A stretch of DNA of 61,133 bases, the filler included, from Sphacelaria rigidula (taxonomy: Eukaryota): NCBI GenBank assembly GCA_964200075.2. It is 6 parts of 6 records of this genome, joined end to end, with 100 filler letters (N's around TTAATTAATTAA, not from the genome) between each part and the next. Parts side by side here need not be neighbours in the genome. Positions count along the whole stretch, not along the records: positions 20,413 to 30,518 come from CAXNAA020007129.1; positions 30,619 to 40,723 come from CAXNAA020007130.1; 4 more parts are not named here. One strand, written 5' to 3'. Below the pieces are notes generated by a model that did not search any database, was not told the DNA's origin, and was given only the letters and a program-made list of their open reading frames with translations. The stretch's first letter is position 1. Each line of letters opens with the position of its first letter. Positions 22,965 through 36,847 of this stretch are shown here, in pieces. The position numbers were made by a program, and so were the translations under genes.

Positions 22965-25900
22965 CTGGTCTGGGCTTTATTTCCCTTAGTCAACTTGCTA
23001 CGGCCCAGGATAGTAGCAGGAGGAGAGCTGAAATATGTATGTGCAGTCAGCATCATCGACAACGTTTTCATGAGCAGCAAGTCATCATGTAAGCGTATTA
23101 CAGTACTATACTTCTGTCTGTATACCTTCGAAAGGAAGCAGCGCTCCAGCCCACCGCGTCGCACACGCAAGAGAGAAACATGATTACGCTATCTACCTGA
23201 TGTCTCGTGTGTAGAGTGCCGAGTTGCCTCCGTTGGTGTACCTCAACAACTTTGTGTCGCTATACAGACTGTACCTGTACTGCAAGACTCGCCAGCGCTT
23301 TCCGGAGTAACCACGCAGGGGCACGTGTTTTTTCTTTTTTCCGCGTCTGTACGACACAACACGAGCCATCTAGAACAACAGCACGACAGTCTACAAAATG
23401 GAGCCATCAGCATCGATCGGGGTATAGCCCTTTTCTCGGGGTATGTTCTGTCCGAGCAGCATCAAACAACACAAAACGATGACGATAGAGTTATCTTTTA
23501 TCATGCCCCGTATCCAAAGCCGTGCAGGATGCAGCAGCGAGCCAAACGCAAATAAATGGAGACCGCAACACCAACTCCCGCCACCTCAACCACACTGCGG
23601 ATACCGCGACGGCGACGCTTGAAGCAAACGTTCAGTACTCTGACCCGTATACAACTATACAGAGCACCGCTTGTGAGGCCGTTCTTGTCCTGGACATCAT
23701 CCCACCGCGGCACAGTCAGATCTACTTTACTGCGGCTGAGGGCCCTACAACACCGGTAAAAACCATGTGTAACGGAGGGCATCCCAGTACAGTCTAATGA
23801 ACACTGAAACGTAGTGGGGCGGTCAAAAAATGATTTCATCACTGAAATGAGTTTGCGCTTGTACTCGTACGGTACTATGAAAAAGAAAGGCCTTCCTACG
23901 AAAACATTGTCTTCATTGTCACCAGAACTCAACCAAGGTCTAAAGTTGAAGAGATGAATGTAAACCCGCCCCTGACCCGCCAGATCTTTTGCACAAAAAC
24001 TAAAACGCGAGGGTATAACCCCAAATAAATGTGTGGGCGTCGGATTTTGGACATAAGGAGCAAGTGAGAAGCGATGTGTTACGAAGAGCAGCGGTCTCTC
24101 GCGACGCCGTGCAGAAGTCAGTCCTCGCAGGGAGGGAGGGTGGTGAACAGTAGAGCAGCGACGAAACACACCCGCCTCCCTCGCCCCACGTGACTTTATG
24201 CTTCGAAGTATCTACAAGTATTCCATGCTTTGCTGCTCGCTATTGCCTATTACAGTACCGGCCCGCTAGTAAGAAACTGAAAAGTCGGCCTGAGGCTGGG
24301 TTTCCTATTTTCCTGGGAGCATGAGCATCATGCATCAATGCTCCTTTCTTATTTTCCTGGGAAAATGAACATGATTTTCTCGAAAGCAAAACAGACAGTG
24401 TGCAGTAGAACAGAAAAATGAGAGAATATACTGTAATGTACCCCACACATCTAGGGGCACGGTGGGCCGCCAGGGGAAGGGTTTGCTCTTTCTTAACCCC
24501 CAGACCGCGAGGTTAGTCTTTCTGGATCACGCATACTTTTTTCAAGTGAAATTGATACCGATTCAACAGATTACCTACTCTCGCTGTGTAAGGGTTAAGT
24601 TGCGGCAGATGCCGAGGCTGGGCCGTTTCTTAAGTTTGTCTAAAATTTGAGGCTGATTTCTTACTGACATGTTTCTTACTTGTGGGCCGGTACTGTACCT
24701 GAACAAGAACTTGGTACATTTGGATCGATCATTGATGACACAAGTATACTCGCTGCGCGTCATTCGCTCTGACGAAAATGTAAAAATGGGTGAAGTGGGT
24801 GAAGCGCCCAGCCATGTCGCCCAAACCCGCAATACTCGTCACCACATACGAAATATGGAGGCGTGTATAGTTGTACAAAACAGAAGTAACGGGCCGAAGC
24901 GTCTCTGTACTGTACCGTAGTACAGCAAGGACTGTTTTTCGATTGTCACTATACTGTACTGACTGTGCAACAGTGGCAGTGCATGTGCAGTCCACGCTGC
25001 GGATATAACCGAAAGAAGCGCTGTTATTTGTGTACACACGAACACCTCGGAAAAAATAGATGTTCCACGGTGTGTGGTAGGTGATGGCAGCCCGTGGCAA
25101 CCGAAATAACTTGATATCTGTACCTGTATACAGTACATTTGGCATCCTTCATGATCCAATCTTTCTCTCTCGTCACAGACAGCTGAGGTCTGGTCAAGAT
25201 CTCTGCTCCTGCACGGGGAGATTCAGGACCGTTGTGTAGCCAAGATGTAGCTCATATAATCAAGTGATTGATTTACGTTTCTGCGGAACAACATTCTCGC
25301 ATGAAATTCAGAGGATATCATAGTTCTGGAGTCGAGAGTGATTTGCAGCCAGTCAAGAGGGTCTACATAGATGGTGATGCTGAGAACCGACAATATACAA
25401 TACAGCAGCGTGGAGTACAATCGGGCCTCTACGTGGTATGTGGTGTTGGAATTACTGATGTCGCGATAGTTTACTCCCAGAAAAGCGGCTAGGTTGAGCA
25501 GGCAAACCGTACCATGTAAACCAGGATGACAAAAAAGTTGAGTACACCGAGCACCTGGAAACTCCCACGGTTACACCGTTACGGGATCGTTTTCGCCCAT
25601 GTCGCCCACATGAGACTCTCCATACATTTGTTTCGAAACCAACGATCATGGGCTGCATGACTACAGTATTTTCTTCGTGACAATACTGGAGTTGGCTTCA
25701 GGAGGGACCTATCCCGACACCACTCAAATGTGGAACCTACGTTACACGTGATGCGGAACCCATCTCTACGTTGCTCTGAGATTGAAGAGCGTGCCTGATC
25801 GATGTTGTTGTCTGTACTGTTATATTTTCGCGGGGGGAGTGTAGTATACTCCCTACTCGCTGTTCGTCAGCCGCCGCTAAGCTTTCTCGCACACATCCAC

Positions 25901-26200
25901 TAGACTGTAGTTTTCTGTACAGCTGTGCATGGGAGATGAGAACAACGCGTCAACCAGGGAAAATGATGCCGTACTTGCACCTCGCCATAGAGGAATCACT
26001 CGACAGTAGCGTCATTCACAATGCTCCATAATCCGACGCGGACAGGCAGACTGATGGCTGCTGGACATCGACAATAATAGCAGTACAGAGACCCGTGACT
26101 AACCTGGGGCAAGGTTTGACTTGGGATCATGTGTGCGTGCACGAGAATGTACGCGTGCACCAGAGCCTCCATCTCGAATAGATCCTGCGTCAATATCTCC
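22965..26200 (-). CDS. Hypothetical multi-exon gene (partial); candidate exons 26200-26104, 25794-25583, 25379-25277, 24768-24699, 24521-24449, 24356-24259, 23939-~23843, 23196-23126, 23027-22965
   Basis: Each candidate has AG/GT boundaries and an open frame, and most successive junctions agree in phase (TLPQ|ARSS, KTIP|ITIY, FLFR|KTNL, LAGR|PWLS, SFRS|SPPA). The junctions around 25277-24768 and 23843-23196 are unresolved. No recognised domain. Confidence 0.5.
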
Positions 26201-26389
26201 CTGGCACTAGTTTTGCAAAGCAGAAGTAGCAATACGACAACGGCGGTCGATTGAACGCTTGGCCAGCGAAAAGGAAACATGTCAACATGTCATCTTCCGT
26301 TTATACTAGCTTTCTTCTGTTTTTAACTACAGTAATCGCCCTCCACTCAGACCCGCATTCGGAAGATGGAAAATCCCCAAGACTGGCTG

Positions 26390-26750
26390 AGGCCAGGGTA
26401 TCGGGTACGCAGTAGAGGACACACGTTGAGCTGGCGGTGTCGACACCCAGGTTGGCATACTGATTGTGTACGGATGCCGATGCCCTGGCTGCGTACCCTA
26501 GGAGTCTGAGTTTCCCGTGGTACTCTGCTCCTGTATACTAGCTATACTTGGTACTCTGGGTTTCACATCGCGTGTATTGGGGTGGTGGGTACCCGAGTAA
26601 CTCTGAGTGTAGAGTAGTCTCTTCGCAGCAGTCGGTATCCTGGGTACCTTGCGTACTTAGTACTTCATTGAGTACTCCAGATACCACACTGGGTAGAAAT
26701 TCTCGGTGGGCGGTCGAGGTGGTCGTGGTCACACGATAGACGTACCCGAG
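26390..26750. repeat. Degenerate GTACCC/GTACTC-motif repeat
   Basis: Dense recurrence of GGGTAC, GTACCC and GTACTC motifs with no coding signal. Confidence 0.4.
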
Positions 26751-27814
26751 AAAAGCAAAGCTGAGACACTCGCTGAAGGAAAAAAGGAACAGAAAAAAAG
26801 CAGAAAAGAACGACACAGTAGACTTAGACGCAATGATAATAACAATGACAATAATGATAATAATAAAGTCAACAAAAGCAAAGCACAGGAAGAAATGGCC
26901 GACCGAAAACAAAAAAAAGGAAGAATAGAGGAAAGAAAAAAGCAAAAAAAATGGAATGAAATAATGGGAAAAAAGGAGAAAAAACTCAAGGGATTCAGGG
27001 CAGCAGAGTAGATACAGACACACACGCGAGCACCGTAGAGCCACCGACTAAGGACATAATCAACAAACGATATGAGCAGACATGATTCTTTGACTGGCGG
27101 TCCTCGACGCAGCAGCCTCTCGCTTGTGACGGCGGTCTGATTCTTGTTTGTCCGCGCGTCGCCACGTGTTCTCAAACTCTCCCGCTCCTTTTTCGACTCC
27201 GATACTTCCTCTGCCTCGTGAGTCTGGGCACTCATGGTTGTACGAGCCCTTAACGGTGTGATATTTGATTTTCGATCTTTTTATTGCATCTGTCGGCGTT
27301 TTTGTAGCTATGACCGACATTCTTTCTACAATGTAGGTGCTTGACCCATGTAGCCGCACGGCCGAAAAAAAGTGGGTCGGTCCGAAAACGGCAAACTTTT
27401 GCTTTTTTCTCCAGGAAAGCATAAGAGACTCGGGAACACGAAAAATCGCGAAAAATGGGCCCGAAAAATGTGGAAATCTCGAAACCACGATTTAGTTTGG
27501 ACATGTCCGTGATGTTATTCTACTCACGCCCCATCCAAAATTTTGTTAGCATATAATTAATTGCTAGTGCTCTACGTGAAAACGTCCAAAATCGGTCAAT
27601 AATGGCGTATAAATGGATAAAAAAGGGTCAAAATGGGTTATGTTTCCACACAAATTTAGGGCTGAAAGCACGTTTTTTTTCGTTTTTCCCCCCAATCAGC
27701 TTCGCCTACGCTTTATCTCTCTAGCGAACCCAACCATAGGATAACTGTCAACGTTGAAATACCCAAACGATTGAACGCCCATAAGTGCCTAGACTTATAA
27801 GACAGAGGATGTAT

Positions 27815-29830
27815 GCCGTTTGCCCATGTTCTTCGCCGCAGTGTGACCCAACCGTATGCATCGTCAACCTCTACACCGTAGACGAACCATTTCCGCCGGG
27901 CTCCTTCGTGCGGGACAGCCCCTACCTAGCGCACGTACGTTCTCCTGTCGGGTACCCTCCCCCATTGTTTGAGGGGGCGGCCGATCCCCTTGGATCCTCG
28001 CGTGGAAAGCCGACCGTTTATGACGCGCTTTGGAAGGCGTATGTGCTTCTACCGGACAAGGGCTTCGGCGAACCAGAGTTGACGTCTGCGGATAGTCGTC
28101 TCGATACGTTCGCAGTTGGTCATCTCGAGCACCGCTCTGTACGAAAGAGTCTTGTAGCCATTTCGATATTTCCTGCGGAATCCAACCACTCGCAGCAAGA
28201 GCTTGCGATGGGCAGTCCGCAAAGTGTCGAAGTCCTCAGAACGTAGCATCCATGTGGCGCATCCATACAACAGAGCTTCTACCATTTCCGCTTTAAGCAG
28301 CCGAACTTTCCAATTCAAGGATAGCTCGACGAAGGGTCGGTCGTAGAGTTGGGAGCTATACTTTCGGATACATACGCGCCCACACCGCGCTGATACGGCG
28401 GTTGATTTCGATTGATATTTTCGCATGCGCACTGATAGCTCCAATAAGGTAGATGAACTTTCCCGTCTGCTCATACCGTTGACCGGCAGCTTTGAGTTTC
28501 AGGGCGGCCTCCTTGGGACTGGATGCTGACCAAAGGCGCATGGACTCTGTCTTGTTCTCGGAGACCATCAGGCCGAATTCCTGGCAGGTCATCACTATCA
28601 TGGCCATCATCCGAGCAAGGCCTTCTGAGGTCTTTGACGCTATGCCGGCGTCGTCCGCATAAAGCATTGCCCACACCGCGCGCCGCACCTATTCCAGCGG
28701 TGTCCCTTCTACGGGTTCACCGCCGTCACCTTTGACCGCATCATCTAGAAAGACCAAGTCTGAGACGATGACTGGGTCCGCCGCAAACCGCTGAACGATC
28801 ATCTCCACCAAGCCTGCTCCGAAGATGTTGAACAACAGCGGAGACGAAACCCAACCTTGTCCGAGTCCCTGGCAGACGTGGAACCACGCTAATCGTTCAC
28901 CACTATCTAGCTATACCCGAGCTCGCATGCCGTCGTGAAACATACGGATGATCGTGATCATTCGCGACAGGACTCCGAACCGAGCAAGCGCTTCCCACAG
29001 GAGCGTGCGGTCTGCAGCATTATAGGCTTTCTGCATATCGATAGGGCATATATTCATTGGGACGTTGCTCGCCCGTCCCAACTCCTGGAGTCGGCTTACT
29101 ACGAACATCATGTCTGTGGTCGATCTTTGGGGCCTAAATCCACACTGCTCTTCCGAGAAGACATCTGTTTCCTCACAAAAATCACCGAGTCTGTTGGCTA
29201 GGGTTTTGAGGAGAACTCTCGCAGTATGTGCCACAAGTGAAATGCCTCTGCAGATACTACACAGGGTCCTATCTTCGTTTTTGTGTAGCACTTTGATGGT
29301 GACATATTTCCATTCTTGTGGCACCTCGCCAGATGTCCAAACCGCAGAGACGATGCTGTGGAAATGGTACAGAATGTCCGACGCCTCCCCGTTAAGTCCA
29401 AGCTTCAAGACTTCAACATGAATGACCATCCGGACCGGTTGCTTTGCCGTTCAACATAGCTCTCAAAGCCTCTTCAGTTCCACTTGGGCTTGGTGGGTCT
29501 CCTAGTGACAGCGCCATTGGTTGTTGAGCAATCTTCTCGGTGACGGTGCGGTCGATAGTTGCCGATATGGCGTTCAGCAATGTATAAAAGTACCGTTTCC
29601 ATCTTCCACTGATCAAACCTTTGCCCCGCAGTAGATTAGCATCCTCGTCTCGAATGTACTCTTCACTCTCGATTGATGGTCCTGACAATCTCCACCCTCC
29701 GTTGAGATGTCTGTACCATCCTTTGATGTCCCTCGCTCGAGTATACTTCTCAAGTTCTCTCGCATACACATCCATATGTTTGTCCACCCCAACTTGGATA
29801 ATCTCTTTCATCTATTTGCATGCTGCTCGC
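27815..29830 (-). mobile_element. 5'-truncated decayed RTE-like LINE (RT and C-terminal region)
   Basis: ORF fragments GKATGPDG, CRGISLVAH, EEQCGFRPQRSTTDMMF, MLYADDAG and EALLYGCATW; homologous to the LINE at 14800-16750. Confidence 0.92.
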
Positions 29831-30518
29831 AATGTACGCTAATTGATCAAGGGAGAGCCTCGTAGAGGACTGACCCTAAACAGGGGAATGTGTGGTAACT
29901 TCTTGTATTAAACTCGTAACCCTTTTACTCACCAAACATCAACCGTGCAAGCTCCACCCGAGCTGCTCTCTGTCACCCCCAAATGCAATATCAAAATGCA
30001 ATATCAAAATGCACTGAACAAGAATGATCCGGGAGGATAAGACCGTACGCTGGGCCCCCTCATATGTAATACGTCCAGTCAGAACACAATCCGTTACCGC
30101 AGACGATATCCGGTATCCATGATATGCCGTCAATCTACCCCGGATGTACCCGAATTAATCCACGTACACATGCACTAGTGTTTAGGTCGGCAATATTCGA
30201 TTAGCTCCCCTTGTCGAGGTTTAACCCTAGTCATATGACACAGAAAAAATCTTTTTCCATTCAATGAAATCAGACTATTTTTCAGAACACAAATGCCGGG
30301 ATACATGGAACATCCAGAAAGAAGAAAGAAAATCGTCAAGGAAAATCACCTCCTGAATTATATGCCACCCTGACCCCATATTATCTCACCATCGTCGGGA
30401 GCATGAAGTATCAAATCTCTGGACGTGTTTCCCCAAAAATCTAAGACACTTTCTACGATAGCCCCCCCCCAAAACCAGCTAAAAGTGTCACGAAAAAAAT
30501 GGCCATAAAGCGCCCGAT

Positions 30519-30618
30519 NNNNNNNNNNNNNNNNNNNNNNNNNNNNNNNNNNNNNNNNNNNNTTAATTAATTAANNNNNNNNNNNNNNNNNNNNNNNNNN
30601 NNNNNNNNNNNNNNNNNN
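30519..30618. other. Artificial contig linker
   Basis: N44-TTAATTAATTAA-N44. Confidence 0.98.
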
Positions 30619-32022
30619 CACCTCCCCCCCCCCCCCCCAGCTCCACACCGCTCCCCCCCCCCCCGTCCTCCGCCTAAGACGCCCTCCCATCGGGTACCCC
30701 CCCCCCCCCCCCCCAACGTCCCCCACCGCGAGGTCGCCACGAGATCGATAGTCTTATGACTACGACATGAAAGATCATGATCACCCCCCCCTCCCCCGCC
30801 GCGCCCGCATTCCTCTTTGTCAACCTGTGTGGCGATGATGACGCAGATGAACTTCGAGGATGTCGTCCTTCTTTACAGAAAATGGGAACAAGAGAAGGTA
30901 TGCACTCATTTTCCGTCCCTGTTGCCGGTTCCAAGCCTCTCACCGCAAGGCTTCGTCTCGGAACGACATTTCTCCGATAATGCCGTTCTGTTCCCCGCTG
31001 TTGTACTTTCCCCCCACGATCGCACAAGGCCATGTAGGGTCCGATTATGATCTGCGCCGTACTTTGCTTAATGCACTCAGCGGTCATGGCTACGAAGAGG
31101 CGATAGGTGGCGCTCACTCACTGCGCAGAAGCAGGTCCTCTCGTTGTGCACTTGGATAGCCTGCCCGTCGCCCTAGAGAGGGAACGATCTAAAATACGGG
31201 TTGGAAACGAGACAGTCACCATTAGAATATGTTGTACAGGGAGTCCGAGGTTTGATTGATGCGTGACCACCCCGCTTACCCTCATCGCTCCCTAACCGAA
31301 GACGTGTTTGATCATTGCAAAAACGGTATCCTCCAAAATCCGAAAGTGTCGACCCCCAGCAGTAGATACATGCACAACACTAGAGGGAGAGCGGAAACGA
31401 TTGGACTGGTGTCGTGAACTTATCATGTGGCTGGCCTCGTACTTGTCAAGAGTAGGACAGTGTCCGCAGGACAGCATCGACAGCGTCCACAATTGTTACG
31501 GCTATCCGTGAGAAGCGTTGAACAGGGTAGCGCATAGTTGTACGGTACAGCGGTCGGCCGTGCTCGTGCCCTTTAGGCGCGAACAACAGGCGCTCTGGCG
31601 TGGTGTTCTCCCGACTAATGAGTACCCGACAGCGTTTCTACGAAAAATGTTTCAATATACCTTTCCATTTTCACAGGGTGGGACTATAGATCGCAAAACT
31701 CGGTTGTATCGATACTTCCGCTTGCTCACTCCCTCCCTAGCGTTCCACGTATCAAACGCAAGGCCCCCCTCCCACCCCTCCTCGTCTCGAAAGGAAAGCG
31801 TGGCCAATGACCACGCGACTAAGCCAAGCAACAAATGGGTACCCCTCCCCCCCCCCCGCCCAGCCCTGCCCCGCGCTCCAGTGAACAAAATTTCCAGAAC
31901 AGTGACTCGACCAGAAATACACGATTAACTACCAAGGGTGATGGCAACGAAAGGACTCTGGGGAAACGAACAAAGGAAGGACTGTCCGCTGCTGCGTTTT
32001 TCTGCGAAAAATCACGATACAG

Positions 32023-35000
32023 GCCCGCACTGGTGCTCTCGACGAGGAGGTCGCACGACTACATGCGTGCCTAGCGGAAGGCGGTGAGGTTGCTAGAAGG
32101 AGCCGACAAAGCACCGCTGATGCCAAGAAGGCCAACGCTCGCTGCTCGGAGCTTCAGGTGTGGGAAGCCGTGGTTGCTGTTCAGCAGCCTGAACAGATTC
32201 ACTGCACGGAGTCGTGTACTGTGGGGAGCGGGGAGGGGCTGGTACCACAAGTCACTCCGTGGTTTCAGGCCTTTTCACGGAGATATATAGATGCATATTT
32301 ATTTAGGCGTGGGTGATGACAACGGCGATGCGGTCACCACAGATTTGCCCCTATGTTCAGTCATGTCGGTTGCATGTGTGTATGTGTGCATCGAACGGCA
32401 TCGCGTGTTGGCTTTACGGGAGATGAGCAGCTACCTTCCCGGAAAGCTTCATATATACTTGCGGCGACGTAACTGTCCGAAAATCTAAATGGTACCATAT
32501 TCCCAACGTGTGACCGTATTTCCATGTACTGCTTGCCGACGTTCTTCTGTCCACTCGTCTTGTTTGGTCCCTGCCCTCGCCGTGGCGGTTACGTCGGAAA
32601 TAGAGCACGGTTGAAACGGCTTCGACCATCTTCAAGCCTGCTTTCAGTCGTGTGTTTTCATTTGGTTGCGGTGGTGGTGACGAACGACAGTATGTAGCTG
32701 ACTCCCGATTTTCACCTTCACGGATGTGTTAAGCCCCGTCCTTTCCGTATGTGTGTGTGTGTGTGTGTTCACTGCGAAGGACATGCTGAAAAGTGCGAAC
32801 GGTCTCCTGGACGCATCCCGCCTGGAATCGGCGAAGCTCTCCCGCCGTCTGGCATCTAGATCCAGAAAGCTCAAGATTGCAAGGCAGGAGGTGTGTGTAC
32901 AAGAGATGGGGAGAGGGGGGAACTGGAACAGCGAAGGGGATCGGGAAGTGAGAGAGGGGTGGCTACTCATTTGTTGCTCGCCTGAGTCGTTCGACCATTG
33001 GCCACGCATCCCTGTCGAGACGGAGAATCGTTCCCACTCCTGATAGAGACCGCTTCAACGTTTGGGCGCTCACTACGTCTCCTGCATACATTACTCAAGA
33101 GCCTTGTACTTACCTTATGCCCTTCCGGTTTTGTCGTCTGTTCTCACCATCTATCTCCTATTACGGTGGCATATAGTTAGTAGAAGTAAATGTATAGGGA
33201 AATAAATCTGCACACAAGTGGGGCCCCGCCAACAAACACCTGTTTTGTAGCGCTACCAAAAGCTTCAAGCCCGCTGTAGACACTATTATATTTATGTCAC
33301 CGCAACCCATACGTAACTTGGATACATCAAATATAACTTGAAGAGTGTAGCTTTGGTCAGGTGCCGGTTGCATATGCAGAAAGCAAACACAAGCTACAGT
33401 AGCGCACGTCGAAAACGAGCACCACGTTTTCACGGGGGAATACTTTTTCGTACCCATTCTTCGGCATCGAACCGTAGAACTAGTTCAAATAGACAGCCAT
33501 GAATCGGGCGGCTCGAGCGATTCATTCACATTTTGAATCAGCGTCCGCAATCTCGAGATATGGATATTTTAAGAGGGGCACCTCGGGTTAACGAGCACTT
33601 GATTCGGCTCAAGGGTAACATGGATATTTAGGCACAACTTACTACGAAAAAATATTTTTTCCCGTTTTATTTTCTCCTGCGGGACACCCTGGTCCACACG
33701 GTTCTCTTAAGCCATCGTTTGTTATATTTCAATCAAAATTGACGACTCTACAGGAAAGTATCCGTTCAAAAGTCTACCCCGAGCCAGCCCAAGGGTAACG
33801 TCCAAAATCATGACTATTAAAGCATAACTAATTACGACAGCGTTTTTTTCCCGTTTTGTTTTCTGTTGCGTGACATCCTTATCCATACGGTCCTTTTAAG
33901 CCATCGTTTGCTATATTCCAATCAAAATTGACCATTTTACAGTGCAATATTCATTCAAACGTTTAACCCGAGCCAGCCCAAGTGTGACATCCAAAATCAT
34001 GAATATTAAGGCATAAGTCGCTACGAAATGTTTTCGTTTTCGTTTTTTTCTCCTGCGTGACACCCTCATTGATGCGATTCTCTCAAGCTACCGAGTGCTA
34101 TATCCCAACCACAGTTGAATTTTCTACGGAAAAATATTCGTTCGACATTTGACCCCGAGCCAGGACAAGGGTGACGTCCAAAATAATGGATATTACGGCA
34201 TAACTCATGACGAAAAAAATGTTCCCCCTTTTTTTTCTCCTGCGTGACACCCGTATCATTACGATTCTTTTAAGCCATCGGTTTTTATTCCAATCAAAAT
34301 TCATCATTTTACAGTAAAATATTCGTTCAAAAGTTTACCCCGAGCCAGCCCAAGGGTAACGTGCAAAATCATGGATATTAAGGCGTATCTTGTTGCGAAA
34401 CTTTTTGTCTCCCGTTTGTTTTTCTCCTGCGTGACACCCTCATTTATATATTTCGTTGAAACTATCGTTTGTTATATTCCAATCAAAATTGACGATTCTA
34501 CAGTAGAATATTTGTTCAGACTCTTACCCTGAGCAAGCTCAAGGGTAATGTAAAAAATCATGGGTTTCAAGGCATAAGTCATGACGAAAATATCCTATCC
34601 CCTTTTTGTTTCTCTTTCATGACACCATAATTGATGCGGTTCTTTTAAGCCATCGGTTGTTATATTCCAATAAAAAATGACGATTCTACAGTAAAATATT
34701 CGTTCGACATTTTACCCCGAGCAAGTCCAAGGGTGACGTCCAAAATTATTGATATTAAGGCATATCTCGTTACGATAATATTTTTTTTCCGTTTTTGTTT
34801 CTCCTGCAGGACACCCGCACTTGTGCGATTCTTTAAAGCTATCGTTTGTCATATTATATTCAAAATTGACGGTTGTATAATGAAATATTTGTTCAGACTT
34901 TTACCCCGAGCGAGCCCAAGGACAACGTTCAAAATCATGGATATTTAGGCCTAACTCATTACGAAAATATTTATTTCCCGTTTTGTTTTCTCCTGCGTGT

Positions 35001-35537
35001 TAACCTGATTCATACGGTTCGTTCAGGCCGTAGAAGGTTCCCGTAGCCAAAAACTTAGATAAATGGCGTCGAGCCTTCACTAACAATACGCCACCGGAAT
35101 AGTAAAGCGATCGTTTTTTCGCTACTGTGTAGTGTATCAAACGATTTCATGCCGCCTTCGTTTGCTTCCCACATTCCCCCCTCTGGCACGTTCCGTTCCT
35201 CCTTGTATAGTTCACGTTCTGCAACTATGTGAGTTCTGCTCTCCATTGCGTTACCACCGGGGCAATTCTGTGCATTTACTTCCTCCTCTACTCGACTACG
35301 AGTACAATTCTTCCTTGTTTGTGGTAGGTCGAAGGGGGTGGGGGTGGGGGGGATGAGAAGGGGGCACAGAAAGAGATGGAGACAGAGATTGGGACTAAGA
35401 CAGAGATATATATGACCACAGAAATAGATGCAGAAAAAACATAACAACGAGAGTCAAACCGAGAGACGCACAGACAGCGAAACGGACGCACTGACTGATG
35501 GGCTGATGGACAGACAGACAGGCAAACCAACAGACAG

Positions 35538-35615
<78 letters not shown>

Positions 35616-36791
35616 CGCACGCAAACAGACAGAAAGGCCGGCAGAGCGAGCGAGACACAGATAGGGAAGAAGACCGACGTAGGTACAAAGGCAGACATAT
35701 AGATGGAGGTGGCCGACACCAGTGAGGAAACCCCGATATCTCTACCCTAAAAACATGTACCATAGACACACCCAACGAGTGCCTGAAAATGCCCCTGGCG
35801 ATGTCGGATTCGACGTGAGGGTGATGACTCGTGGCCGGGTATAACTCTGAAAAAATACGGCCCAAATTCTGCCTACAGTGCTATACGGGCTTCGTCAAAA
35901 TTGCGAGGTCAAGTCTCAGGAATTTCGGCCACCCGCTACCAGAAGTACAGTAAATCAATCCACTTGCCCCCGTCCAAGCTCGAATTTTGTTACATTCTCC
36001 TCCAATGATCGTCAGTGTTAATCGACAACATGTGTGAAGGCGCAAGAGACGTAAAATATTCATTTATTTATGTAGAGGTGTAATGCTACTCTCAAGTGTC
36101 GTCATTTTCTCGGCGGTTGCTTTTGCCGCTTATGTCGATTCAAGGCGGCAAGGGTACCCTCGCTCGTGACGGCGGTGGAGCGGCTGGTACAGGAGAAGGG
36201 TAGAGTGGAGGACGCGGTAGGGTTCGAGGGAAAGAGGGTGTCGAATGAGCAGCGTCGTTCGAGAGCGTGGAGGGAGCAGGTTGACGAGCTGTCGTTGCAG
36301 GCAAGAAAAGAGAACAAGAACGAAATGGAGCAAAGCAAGTACGTACGGCAACAGAGGGCCCGGAAAGATTCGAGCGAACAAATCGGTCCAGCCGCAACTC
36401 ACTCTGAGCTTCGGCGTTTTCTTTAAAATGATATCAGAGAGGGAGACACACACACAACAAGCATACGAAAAAAGTGGCAAACATGGCAAACATCCCACTG
36501 GCCCAGCATACGAGACAGAGCGTGATGAGCCGTTTCGAGTTACACGCAAGACCAGATCCAGCTGAAACGTTGAACTCATTCGCCCTCTACAAGCTGCACT
36601 GTCTCCGGAGTAACTGTGCGGTTGTTGTTGCTGCTGCTGATGACGCTGCTACTGCTGCGAAGATTGTGCACCACTCGAAACGAACATCGACACTACCTGA
36701 AAAAGAATATCTACATGTCTGGTGTTGCACCTGGAAACGATTACATAAAGGGTCTATCTACCCTGCGGCAGAAACTCCGGGACAGTCCAAA

Positions 36792-36847
<56 letters not shown>

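Noticed and set aside
26538..27235. Lys-rich and membrane-like Phe-rich ORFs
   Set aside because: Translations of A-rich low-complexity DNA on both strands.
33600..35030. CRISPR-like array
   Set aside because: Whole ~188-bp units are homologous along their length with no unique spacers; eukaryotic intron, no cas genes.
35288..35865. Cys/Val-repeat or His/Thr-repeat proteins
   Set aside because: Translations of the (CA)n microsatellite.
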